Below are positions 1-10,013 of a stretch of 64,000 bases of DNA, one piece after another. How positions within the stretch are numbered: the first letter of the stretch is position 1; each line of letters opens with the position of its first letter. The DNA comes from an uncultured Planctomycetaceae bacterium (GTDB taxonomy: Bacteria > Planctomycetota > Planctomycetia > Isosphaerales > Isosphaeraceae): the NCBI GenBank assembly GCA_963833985.1, contig CAWIAD010000002.1, positions 4,224,001-4,288,000 on the forward strand. The letters are read 5' to 3'. Both the position numbers and the translations under genes were made by a program. The notes beneath the pieces are model-generated. The model made no database searches, was not told the DNA's origin, and worked only from the letters and a program-made list of their open reading frames with translations.

Positions 1-2597
1 CGGCGGCCTGGGCAAGTCGACGCTGGCCCTGCACATGGTGCGCGACCTGCTGCACGCCGGCGACGACCTCTGCAGCCTCTGGTGCCAGGATGCCGAGAAG
101 CATGCCGGCGGCATCGCCCGGGCGCTCGTCGGCCAGCTCTCGGAGTATGGCCGCAAGCGGTTCGGCTCCGGCTGGGACGAGCTCGTCGGCCAGGTGGACC
201 GCGCGGCCGGCGAGGACTCGCCCCGGCGATATGCTCTCTTCCTGGAGGCGCTGATCGGGAAGGTCAAACGGCTGGTCCTCTATCTGGACAACCTCGAATC
301 GCTGCTGGTCGGCCCGGGCGACCACGGCGACGGACCGCCCGATCCCGACGCCTTCGGCCAGTGGCGCACGCCGGAGCTGGGCGCAATCTGGTCGGTCCTG
401 ACCCGGTGCGCCGAGGACACGGGCAAGCTGCACCTGGTGGCAAGCTGCCGCTACCGGCACGACGACTTCCGCCGGTTCCTCGTCCCGGTTCCTCCACTTC
501 CGGCCGACGCGTTGTTCCGGCTCATGGGCTGGTTCAAGGGCCTGCGCCGGCTCTCGACCCTGGCGCGTGCCCGGCTGGTGGAGAAGCTGGCCGGACACCC
601 CCGGGCCGTCGAACATGCCGATGACCTGGTCCAGCAGGCTTTCGCTGACTGGGAGGACACGCGCGGTCCGTGGTGGCTGGCCGATTCGCCGTCGGCCGCG
701 GACCTGGAGCGGGAGTGGGCGGAGCTGATCGAGACGGCCTTGCCCCGGGTCGAGACGAAGCTCTGGGACAACCTCCTGCTGGCCGCGATCTGGGAACGCG
801 TGCTGGACGACCGCGCGCGGCGGATGCTCTTCCGCATGACGCTGCTCCGCCAGCCCTGGGAATGGGACCTGGTCAGCGAGCTGGGCGAGGAGGGCGACAC
901 CGCCGAGGAGAGCTGGAAGACCGCTGAACGGTTGCGTCGCACGTCGCTGCTGGAGCAAATCGACTTGCTCGGCCAATCCGGAGTGGTCCGACATTTCACG
1001 ATCCATCCGGCAACCGCGCAGTATGTCGCGAGGCGGTTCACGGACGACCCTGACCTGCGGCAGGCCGCCCACCTTCGCGTCGGTACGTACTACGAGGCTC
1101 TCGCCCGGAATTCCCCGGACATCGAGGACGTCGTTGAAGCGGGCCATCACCTGTTCCAGGCGGGGGAATTTGATCGCTCATACGACCTTCTCGGGCCAGC
1201 ATCAGACAGGCTGAGGAATCGCGGCCGCGTTCGCGAGGGGTTGGAGATCCTGAAGCCCTTCTTGCCCGAGCTTACGCGAAAGAAGATGACGCGGGACCGG
1301 CGGGGCCGACTGCTTGGGACAGTCGGCCTCGCCTACGCCCGCCTTGGCCAGGTGGAGCGGGCCATCGAGTTCTACGAGCAGCACCTGGCCATCGCACGCG
1401 AGATCGGCGACCGGCGGGGCGAAGGGAACGCACTGGGCAACCTGGGCGGCGCCTACTACAGACTGGGCCAGTTGGAGCGGGCCATCGAGTTCCATGAGCA
1501 GGCGCTGATCATCTCCCGCGAGACACGCGACCGGCGGGGCGAGGGAGGCGACCTGGGCAACCTGGGCCTCGCCTACGCCCGCCTTGGCCAGGTGGAGCGG
1601 GCCATCGAGTTCCATGAGCAGGCGCTGATCATCTCCCGCGAGATCGGCGACCGGCAGGGCGAGGGAAGCAACCTGGGCAACCTGGGCAACGCCTACGCCC
1701 GCCTTGGCCAGGTGGAGCGGGCCATCGAGTTCTACGAGCAGTACCTGGCCATCGCACGCGAGATCGGCGACCGGCACGGCGAGGGAAACGCCCTGGGCAA
1801 CCTGGGCAGCGCCTACTACAGACTGGGCCAGTTGGAGCGGGCCATCGAGTTCCATGAGCAGGCGCTGATCATCTCCCGCGAGACAGGCGACCGGCGGGGC
1901 GAGGGAGGCGACCTGGGCAACCTGGGCCTCGCCTACGCCCGCCTTGGCCAGGTGGAGCGGGCCATCGAGTTCTACGAGCAGTACCTGGCCATCGCACGCG
2001 AGATCGGCGACCGGCACGGCGAGGGAAACGCCCTGGGCAACCTGGGCAACGCCTACGCCCGCCTTGGCCAGGTGGAGCGGGCCATCGAGTTCTACGAGCA
2101 GTACCTGGCCATCGCACGCGAGATCGGCGACCAGCACGGCGAGGGAAACGCCCTGGGCAACCTGGGCAGCGCCTACTACAGACTGGGCCAGTTGGAGCGG
2201 GCCATCGACTTCCATGAGCAGGCACTGATCATCTCCCGCGAGACAGGCGACCGGCGGGGCGAGGGGAACGCCCTGGGGAACCTGGGCATCGCCTACAGTC
2301 GCTTGGGCCAGGTGGAGCGGGCCGTCAAATTTCATGAACAAGCTCTCATACTCTCCCGCGAGATCGGCGACCGGCGCGGCGTAGGAAGCGACCTGGGGAA
2401 CCTGGGCACCGCGTATGCGGAACTGGGCCAAGTGGAGCGGGCCATCGACTTCCTCGAGCAGGGCGCTCAAGATCGGAGAGGAGATCAAGGATCCGAACCT
2501 TGTTGGTATTGCCAGGTCTCGCCTCGAGCGATTGCGCGGGGCGAAGAACCCTCCAGAAATGGGAAACAAGAAGTCGCCGGGGGAACGACCGCGTTAG
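1..2597 (+). CDS. STAND/NB-ARC-type P-loop NTPase with C-terminal TPR array (NLR-like); 5'-partial; probable +1 frameshift at ~2461
   Basis: The frame from nt 2 reads GGLGKSTLALHM (Walker A), followed by LVLYLDNLE (Walker B), GHPRAV (GxP-like), IHP (winged-helix motif) and ten 40-aa TPRs. Removing one G from GGG at 2461-2463 restores EQALKIGEEIKDP...PR* ending at 2597. Confidence 0.85.
1331..2470 (+). repeat. Intragenic tandem repeat, 120-bp period, ~10 units (TPR coding)
   Basis: Units begin gcctac/gcgtat at 1331, 1451, 1571, 1691, 1811, 1931, 2051, 2171, 2291 and 2411, with near-identical DNA. Confidence 0.97.
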
Positions 2598-2667
2598 GAG
2601 ATGGACCGCACCAGAATGGGCTTCGTAACCCTCGGGATGATGCCGATCACGGCATGGAACAACCCGC

Positions 2668-4965
2668 TCATTGCCCTGCCGGGGACAGTTTGAGCTGGCG
2701 TTCGATGCGGGTACCGGGGGACAGCTTCAGTTGCTCGGAATGAAGGACAGCGCCCCGGGAATTGAGGATGGAGAGGGTGTAGTCTCCGGCCGGCAGGTCG
2801 TCCAGGCGGAACCGGCCGCCGTCACCGGCGAGCGTGATGGTGCTGACTCGTCCGCCAGTGCGCGTTGAGAGCAGGACGTGCTGACCGTCGAGCGGTTCGC
2901 CCGTTGCCCGGTCGATCAACGCGCCGGAGACGACGGCCGCGCGCGGCAGCTTCAGGGTGATGTCGCGCTCGCCCTTGCCCCAGCCGGCGAGCTGCCGCGC
3001 GTGGCCGGCGGCCTGAACCAGGACCACCGCTTCACCAAAAGTCAGCGGCGAAAACGTGGCCACGCCCGCGGCGTCCGTCCTGGCATGGACCGAGTCTCCC
3101 CAGGTCGTGTCGTTGTAGCCCCACGCGAAGTTGCTGGCGACCGCAGGATCATCATAAACCAGTCCGACACGGGCGTTCGGTATCGGCTTTCCCGTCGCTT
3201 CGTCGATCGCGTGGACGAGCAGGGTATAAGCAGGCGGCAGACGGAAGAGTATCGGTGGCACCAGGTGACTGAACGGCCCGGCGGCAACCCGGTCGATGGA
3301 GCATTCGCCGTGGCCCGGTGCCAGCACGGTCACGCGCTGAACCGACCCGCCGGTCAGGTTGCGCACGAGGAATGACCCGTCGTCCGTCGTGTACGAGAGC
3401 CCGATCCCGCAGAACCCGGCAAAGTAGCCGCCGAGCTTGTCGTCGGGCAGGCGCAGGCGCGGGATGTTCAGAAGCACCCGGAACGATCGCACCGGATTAT
3501 TGTCCTGGTCGACGACCTTGCCTCGAATCGCTCCCGAGGCGGTCATCACGACCCGGTTTTCGCCATCGATATTCAGAGGGTGATCGCGCAGGTCGCTCAC
3601 GCCGTGGCCCAGGAACGTGAACGTGACGTTCCCTGCGGGCATGCCCTCCACGACGAATCGGCCCGTCTCGTCCGTCTCGGTCTTCCGCTCCCAGACGACC
3701 AGCCCGCGCTGATCGCCGATTGCAACGATGCCCAGGACGTTCACGCCGGCAAACGGCGTCCCCCGCTCATCGCAGACGACGCCGCGGACTGCATGGCCCT
3801 TCGCCAGGACGACACGCACTTCCTGGTCATCGCTTCCCGGAATGGGCGTGATGCCCGGCGCGAGGTCGGACCTGGCGGGGATCACGCAAAGCTGCTGATG
3901 TTCGCTGGGAACGTGCGCGAGCCGGAACTTGCCGTCGTCGCCCGACTTCGCTTCGATCGTCTCGTCGGACCGGCCCGGACCCCAGCGCACGGTGGCGTCG
4001 CGGACCGGCTTGCTGTCCGGGTCGAGCACCACGCCCGAGACGTCCCGGCGGTTGGCGAACGCAGGAGCCGCGGCCTTCGCCCCGGGGCCGGCCGCCGGTT
4101 GCCCTGGCGCCTTTCCCGTGGCCGGATTGCGGGCCAGTCGGAACTCGATGGACAGCGGGCCGCTACCTGAGTCGCAATGAACGCCATCGCGCTGGCGCGT
4201 ACGGTAACCCTCGGCCACGGCATTGAGCCAGGTCGTGCGGTCGACCACCAGGCCGTCGAGATCGAACCGGCCCTGCTCGTCGGTGCGTACCCAGAGCCCG
4301 GTGAGGGAGATGATCGAGCCCGAGGTCGAACGGCCGACGAACGCGCCCGGGATCGGCTTGCCATCGGTGTCGAGCACGCGGCCGGTCGCTCTTCCCCCGC
4401 GCGCGACGGCAACCTCCAGCTCCGTGACCGGCCTGTCCGCCATCTCGAAAAGCACGCGCTTGCGCTCACGGCCCGGGGCGACGACGAACGACTCGTGATA
4501 GCGTGTTCGGCTCACTCCGCCCAGCTCGAACCGGCCGTCGGCGTCGGTCGTCGGATCCAGACCGTTATCCAGCACCAGGCGCCCGCCGACGATCGGCTTG
4601 CCGGTTTCCGCCTCGACCAGCCGCACGCGCAGCCGCCCCTGTGGTGTGAGCCTGAGGATCAGCGGCTTGACCGCGTGACCCGCCGAGACCATCACGTCCA
4701 TCTCGGCCATCCCCTGGTCGCCGGCGCTCGCCTGGAAGAGCCAGTCTCCCGGCCCGAGCGACATGGAGAACCGGCCCTGGCCGTCGGCCGTCGCGTCCAC
4801 GCGGTCCAGCCGCTGGATCTCCAGCTTGACCGCCCAGACGTGAGCACCCCTGGCGGGCGATCCGTCCTGGGCCAGCACCACGCCCCGGCGCGTTTCCGCC
4901 TCAGCCCAGGGTCCGCAGGAAAGGATGATCACCGCCGACGCCACGCACCATTTCGCCCGCGACAT
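2668..4965 (-). CDS. Secreted protein with multiple carboxypeptidase-regulatory-like (beta-sandwich) repeats
   Basis: Signal peptide MSRAKWCVASAVIILSC...AEA. Repeated GxVxDxxGxPxxGA...TDxxGRF motifs. Confidence 0.8.
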   Translation of the reverse strand: MSRAKWCVASAVIILSCGPWAEAETRRGVVLAQDGSPARGAHVWAVKLEIQRLDRVDATADGQGRFSMSLGPGDWLFQASAGDQGMAEMDVMVSAGHAVKPLILRLTPQGRLRVRLVEAETGKPIVGGRLVLDNGLDPTTDADGRFELGGVSRTRYHESFVVAPGRERKRVLFEMADRPVTELEVAVARGGRATGRVLDTDGKPIPGAFVGRSTSGSIISLTGLWVRTDEQGRFDLDGLVVDRTTWLNAVAEGYRTRQRDGVHCDSGSGPLSIEFRLARNPATGKAPGQPAAGPGAKAAAPAFANRRDVSGVVLDPDSKPVRDATVRWGPGRSDETIEAKSGDDGKFRLAHVPSEHQQLCVIPARSDLAPGITPIPGSDDQEVRVVLAKGHAVRGVVCDERGTPFAGVNVLGIVAIGDQRGLVVWERKTETDETGRFVVEGMPAGNVTFTFLGHGVSDLRDHPLNIDGENRVVMTASGAIRGKVVDQDNNPVRSFRVLLNIPRLRLPDDKLGGYFAGFCGIGLSYTTDDGSFLVRNLTGGSVQRVTVLAPGHGECSIDRVAAGPFSHLVPPILFRLPPAYTLLVHAIDEATGKPIPNARVGLVYDDPAVASNFAWGYNDTTWGDSVHARTDAAGVATFSPLTFGEAVVLVQAAGHARQLAGWGKGERDITLKLPRAAVVSGALIDRATGEPLDGQHVLLSTRTGGRVSTITLAGDGGRFRLDDLPAGDYTLSILNSRGAVLHSEQLKLSPGTRIERQLKLSPAGQ

Positions 4966-5433
4966 GACCGGCTCCACGCGATTGAAGGCAGAAATCACAT
5001 TGCCTTGCCGGGGACAATCGTCCTGCGTCGAACAACCGATGTCAATTGACGAGGGAATATGGCTCTCCATGCGGTTGTACACACGAGCGCCGTATCGTGA
5101 TACCAACCCCAAATGTCGTCGCGAACAGGCCGCGCACCGCGGGCACGCCATCCCGCGGCATCAGGGCATGGGACGGCAGGGCTCTCGCCAGCGGGGTCAA
5201 GCACCACAGCCTGATGGCGGCTCCTGGAGGCGCGGTCATGGCTACCGCATTCCTGCTCGCGTGCGCCTTGCTTGCCGCCGATGGATCCCCCGGTGCTCTC
5301 CTTCGCCGTCCAGAAATGGCGCTGGAGCAGGTCTCACGAAACCCGCAACGCGGCGGGCCACCGGCGCCTCGAAAGGCCAGCCGCCACGACCCGGGCGCTG
5401 GAGGCGCTGGCGACCACCTCGTGAAGCGACCGG

Positions 5434-5590
5434 CTTTCCCCCTCCTGAATCGGTGCGTCGTCGCTGCGCTGGACGAACCTGCGGTTGTCGGACGTGCCGG
5501 GCACGGCAGCTCGATTTCCGGATCGTCCCGGCGCTTCTCGATCGCGGTGACCCAGTGGTAGGGTGCGTCAGGCGCAGCGACGACGTACCG
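5434..5590. repeat. REPIN-like element: two inverted GTAG-family REP-like units (5451-5482, 5558-5590) with spacer
   Basis: gtagggtgcgtcaggcgcagcgacgacgtaccg at 5558 and an inverted copy at 5451. The reverse complement aligns over ~155 bp with 21809-21967. Confidence 0.8.
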
Positions 5591-5997
5591 GTGGGGAAGC
5601 CGGCTCCGTCGACAAACTTCCAGGGAAGCTTCGGAACATCGGGCGTTACGACCGGGATCGGCGGCAGCCCATGAGCCCGGAAGCCGCGCGTGAGCTTGCC
5701 TCGATCCGACGAACTGCCGATCGGCCCTCCCCGGCCGCGATGGAAGCGGGGGAACGACCGGGGGTCGCTGCCAGGTGCGACCTGACCTGAACCAACGCCC
5801 TCACGACCGAGCGCTCCGGGTTGTGCTTCAGAACAAGAGCGAGAATCGCGCATTTCGCAAGACATCGCGCATAATACTTTTCTGAGCTTCCTATCTGAAC
5901 ACGGCCTCTGGTTGACAGTGCGCCCCGCTCATGGCGGGGGGTGCAGTCAAGGCGATCGTGGTGTGCCTGGATTCGCGCCCGGGCCGGGAGATATTCC

Positions 5998-7089
5998 ATG
6001 TTCCAGAAAACTCGTTCGTCTCGCCGCCGTGATCTTCGTCCCGCGCCGGATTGGCTCGAAGAACGAGCATTGCTCAGTAGCGGATTGCGGTCTCACGTTC
6101 ACGAGGCACGCGTTTCACCGGAGCTGCTTGCCGCGAAGCACAAGCTCAGCGCGCTTCAGACCGGCAGTCCAGCCATCACGATCCTGAATACCGTCACTTC
6201 GCAGGGATTCCGATTCACCAACTTCGACGGTCCGAACGCGGGTCACGTTGCCGGCGCGGGTACCATGATCAACGGGGTTGCGAACTCGACCACCGTCGTC
6301 GGGTTCACGATTGCCAATGATGGCACAACCCTGACCAACTTCACCGCCAATCCCCCGCTGACAAAGTACACCAGGCTCGTAAACCTGGGCGGATCAGCGT
6401 CTGCCATGGCACTGGGACTCAACTCCACCGGCACCGTCGTGGGCACCGACGGGCATGGCAAGGCGTTGTCTCTCAATCGTCACGGCGTGTTCAGAACCTT
6501 GGCCCCCAACGGTGGCTCGTCCGCGATCGCACTGGGCATCAACGACCGGGTGAACATCGTCGGTCAGTACGTCACCTCCACCGCAACACCGGGGTTTGTC
6601 CTGGTTCATGGGGCGACGTCTTTCCTCACGATCAATGCGCCCTCGGGGCCGAATATCGTGAACGCCCAGGGAGTGAACAACGCCGACACGGTGGCTGGGT
6701 TCTACGTGGGCGCGGATGGCCAGGACCACGGTTTCATTGCCAGGAAGAGCGATGTGGCGAAGGGCACGCTGACACCGGTTGCGGACCCCACCATCCCACC
6801 TGTCTCGGGAGAGCCGGGCGCCACGTTCGTGTTCTCCCAGATTCTCTCGATCAACGACTACGGCATCGCGGTCGGCTACTACGGCGACTCCACCGGCAGT
6901 CAGCATGGGTTCATATTCAACACCCATACCGGGCAGTACACGTTCCTGGATGACGCGAACGCTGCGTTCAGCAACGGGGTGGAAGTAACCCAGATCACGG
7001 GCATCAACAACTCGGGTGAGATCACGGGGTTCTACTCGGATGCGAATGGGGTCTTCCACGGCTTCATCGCCACGGGTTCGCTCCCCTGA
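5998..7089 (+). CDS. Planctomycete extracellular protein (LExRxLL leader) with HAF-like beta-repeats
   Basis: GGGAG RBS and leader MFQKTRSSRRRDLRPAPDWLEERALLS. Repeated (A/T)xGINxxGxIVGxY...HGF motifs. Confidence 0.75.
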   Translation: MFQKTRSSRRRDLRPAPDWLEERALLSSGLRSHVHEARVSPELLAAKHKLSALQTGSPAITILNTVTSQGFRFTNFDGPNAGHVAGAGTMINGVANSTTVVGFTIANDGTTLTNFTANPPLTKYTRLVNLGGSASAMALGLNSTGTVVGTDGHGKALSLNRHGVFRTLAPNGGSSAIALGINDRVNIVGQYVTSTATPGFVLVHGATSFLTINAPSGPNIVNAQGVNNADTVAGFYVGADGQDHGFIARKSDVAKGTLTPVADPTIPPVSGEPGATFVFSQILSINDYGIAVGYYGDSTGSQHGFIFNTHTGQYTFLDDANAAFSNGVEVTQITGINNSGEITGFYSDANGVFHGFIATGSLP

Positions 7090-7148
7090 TCCGAGCCACG
7101 AAAGAGGCGGCGGCCACCGTTACCGCCATGCGCCGGGGGCCTCCCCGG

Positions 7149-8121
7149 TCAGATCGGCTCTTCGAGGGTGGCGAACGGGTCGTCGTCGATGGGGGCGTCG
7201 TACTCGGACCCGGTCGATAAATGCCGCGGGGGTTCGGGCGGCGCGATCATGATGTCGCCGATGATGATCTGGCTGCTGGACAGGTCGGGCAGTTCCACGG
7301 GCATGGACACCGCGGCGGGCGCGGCGTCCTGGGACTCACTGCGCGTGGCGGACTGCGGGATGGCGACGGGCCTGCGCTTCTCCAGCAGATGGCCCACGTC
7401 GAACCGCTCGCCGATGTAATGCCGGCGGACGTCGGGGTTGTTGAGGATCTCCTGGCGATTGCCGTAGACGAAGACCCGGCCCTCGCGGATGAGGTAGCAC
7501 CGGTCAGTGACTTCCAGCGTCTCACGGAACTGGTGATCAGTGAGCAGGATGCCGATGTCGTAGCTCTCGACCAGGGCGCGAATCTGGTCCTGGATCTCGG
7601 CCACGGTCTTGGGATCGATGCCGGCAAACGGCTCATCGAGCATGATCAGCTTGGGCTCGGTGATCAGCGACCGGGCAATTTCCAGCCGGCGGCGCTCGCC
7701 GCCGGAGACGCGGTTGGCCTTGGTCTTGCGGATCTTCTCGAGACCGAACTGGTGGAGCAACTCGTCCTGCCGCGCCCTGCCGCTGTTTGCGCGACATGCC
7801 GGGGCGCGTTTCGAGGATGGCCATCAGGTTGTCTTCCACCGAGAGCTGGCGAAAGACGCTGGAGTCTTGGGCCAGGTATCCCATGCCCGCGCGAGCCCGC
7901 TGGTACATGGGCAGACGGGTGACGTCGCGGCCATCGAAGAGGACGGTGCCGCCGTCGGAGTCGATCAGTCCGATCGTCATGCGGAAGCTGGTGGTCTTGC
8001 CTGCTCCGTTGGGTCCAAGAAGACCGACGACCTCGCCGCGATCGACGTCGAAATCCACGCCGTTGACCACCTGGCGGCGGCCATACCATTTTTCCAGTCC
8101 GCGGACTTCCAGGATCGGCAC
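7149..8121 (-). CDS. lptB: LPS export ABC transporter ATP-binding protein LptB (frameshift ~7776)
   Basis: AAGGAGG RBS before GTG 8121. Motifs GLLGPNGAGKTTSF, GYLAQDSSVFRQLSVEDN, then in a second frame SGGERRRLEIAR, LDEPFAGIDP, ILLTDH. Confidence 0.9.
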
Positions 8122-8208
8122 GGCGAGATCCTCCTTGATCGCGGCGGGCGACCGGGTCAACTCCGGCCCGGCAAGCGTGACAGGCTCAGGGCGCAGCCCC
8201 GGACGGCC

Positions 8209-9945
8209 TCAGCGGATCCATTTCATCCGTTCCACGTAGGGGCGGAACGGTATCTTGAAATCGCGGTTGCCGATGGCCGGCCAGAGGGGCACTCCATGCG
8301 GCCAGTAAATGTAGAAGGCCTTGCCCGTCAACAGGCTGCGGGGAACTTCCCAGGACTCGCGCTGGGAAACTTCATCCCATTCGCGGTCACTCCTGTCCCA
8401 GCCACGGCTGTCCTTGCTGCACGGGCTGTTATCACCGAGCATCAGGAACCGATCCTCTCCGATGACGTAGTCCTCCGAGCGGACCCGCGCCAGCTTTGGA
8501 AACTCGGTCGGATCCGAGAGGAAGTCGAAGAGTTCCGCGGGCGTGCCGGGATCACGGCTATCGAAGACCGGACCATAATCGATCTGGCCAGGATACTGTG
8601 TATAGTAAATATCTCGTTTCAGGACAAGATCGCTCACGGTGACAGCCGCGTTGCGCACGGCGATGCCCGCCGGTGCAAGATCGGCCGCGGTGGGAATCGG
8701 GGTCGCATCACCCCGGTCATACTCCACGCCGGACTCATGCACAGGCGTACCGTTTACCCAAAGAATCATGCGATCATCCACATTCGCGAAGTCAAGCTGG
8801 TAACGGCCCGGGGTCTTGATCGATGAAGCGTGTTCGAGGAGCGTCTGGTCGCCCCGTGTGAAGCGTACGCGCCCGGTTTCCAGGTTGATGATGCAGCGGT
8901 GAGGGAGCCCTCCCTTGATCAGCTCGAGCGACAGTTCGCCCCGGGCGGCAGCCACGTCCACGGACGCTGAGAGCGTCAGGTCGCCAACCCAGTGCGGCTG
9001 CATCCAGGCCGAACGGGTCTCGTGGGGCCATTCCACAAGGTTCGAGGCATTCTGGATCAGGTTTGTGTTGTAAGAGTAAAAGTCGGTGATCAGCGTGGGA
9101 CGTGGGGCGCGCGGCAGTGGAAAATTCTCCAGCAGTGCCTGCCACTGATCCGGGTCGGGAACCAGGTGCCTGTACCGCAGCTCGACCCACTGGTCCGTCG
9201 CTCCCGCCTCGGCGCGGTACTGGCTCAGTTTGGGGTCGACGATCTTCCAGCCCCCCGGGGACACCGACTGCCAGCGCTGCCATTCGCCGTGAGCGGCGAG
9301 GGCCTGCGGCTGGAAGCGGTCGTCATAGACACTCATCTGCATGGCGAGCTGGTGCTCTAGCGGTTTTCGCTGGAGCTGGAAGCCCTCGCCGCCGGGCCGT
9401 TTCACGTAGATATCGCCGTGGGTGATGCGGATCGTCTCGCCAGGCAAACCGACGAGGCGCTTGATGTAGCTGACTTCAGGCTCCTCCGGATACCGGAAGA
9501 CGACGACGTCCCATCGTTCGGGCGGTGACGAGCCCGGCAGGAATGGCAGGTCATAGGGGAACATCATCACCAGGATGCGGTCGCCCTTGAAGCTCGGCTC
9601 GGCGTTGAGCTGGTTCGCCTGATAGCGGCAGTTGACGCAGACGCCCGAATACACCTGGCGGGGAATCGACGGCCCTTCCACCTCCTGCGAGGCGTTGACG
9701 GCATAGAGGAAGCCGCACTGCGGGCACTTCAGCTCCTTGTGGCGGCCCATCAGCGTGGGCGCCATGGAACCCGTGGGAATGACGAAGGCCTGGGCCTCGA
9801 ATCCACGGACCACCAGGGCCAGGATCAGGGCGACCACGATCGCTTCGACCGTTTCACGATAGCTCTCACCGGTCCTGGATTCCTGCTGCTGCGGAAGCTT
9901 ACGAGTGGCCGTGGCTGGCTTCGCGGTTGCGGCGGTCCGTCCCAT
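8209..9945 (-). CDS. lepB: Signal peptidase I with CxxC...CxxC insert and large insertion domain
   Basis: IPTGSMAPTL (catalytic Ser), YIKRLVGLPG (Lys), GDNSPCSKDSR. CPQC/CVNC insert. Confidence 0.9.
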   Translation of the reverse strand: MGRTAATAKPATATRKLPQQQESRTGESYRETVEAIVVALILALVVRGFEAQAFVIPTGSMAPTLMGRHKELKCPQCGFLYAVNASQEVEGPSIPRQVYSGVCVNCRYQANQLNAEPSFKGDRILVMMFPYDLPFLPGSSPPERWDVVVFRYPEEPEVSYIKRLVGLPGETIRITHGDIYVKRPGGEGFQLQRKPLEHQLAMQMSVYDDRFQPQALAAHGEWQRWQSVSPGGWKIVDPKLSQYRAEAGATDQWVELRYRHLVPDPDQWQALLENFPLPRAPRPTLITDFYSYNTNLIQNASNLVEWPHETRSAWMQPHWVGDLTLSASVDVAAARGELSLELIKGGLPHRCIINLETGRVRFTRGDQTLLEHASSIKTPGRYQLDFANVDDRMILWVNGTPVHESGVEYDRGDATPIPTAADLAPAGIAVRNAAVTVSDLVLKRDIYYTQYPGQIDYGPVFDSRDPGTPAELFDFLSDPTEFPKLARVRSEDYVIGEDRFLMLGDNSPCSKDSRGWDRSDREWDEVSQRESWEVPRSLLTGKAFYIYWPHGVPLWPAIGNRDFKIPFRPYVERMKWIR

Positions 9946-10013
9946 CGTCGGCTCTTCTCTCCTACGCACCGGGGGCAGCCGGAAGTCCCTGGCGGCGTGC
10001 CAGGCCCTCACAC

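Noticed and set aside
1331..2470. Tandem repeat as a CRISPR array or DGR template/variable repeat
   Set aside because: The units are contiguous, in-frame 120-bp coding repeats with no unique spacers. Differences are not adenine-specific, and no cas or reverse transcriptase gene is in the window.
1202..2569. 455-aa repetitive antisense ORF
   Set aside because: It is the shadow of the TPR repeats; stop-free antisense frames are common at this GC content.
7149..8121. Programmed frameshifting or pseudogene status for lptB (also lepB, emrB and the sigma54 activator)
   Set aside because: No slippery heptamer or stimulatory structure is evident. The many similar indels across the window point to sequencing error.
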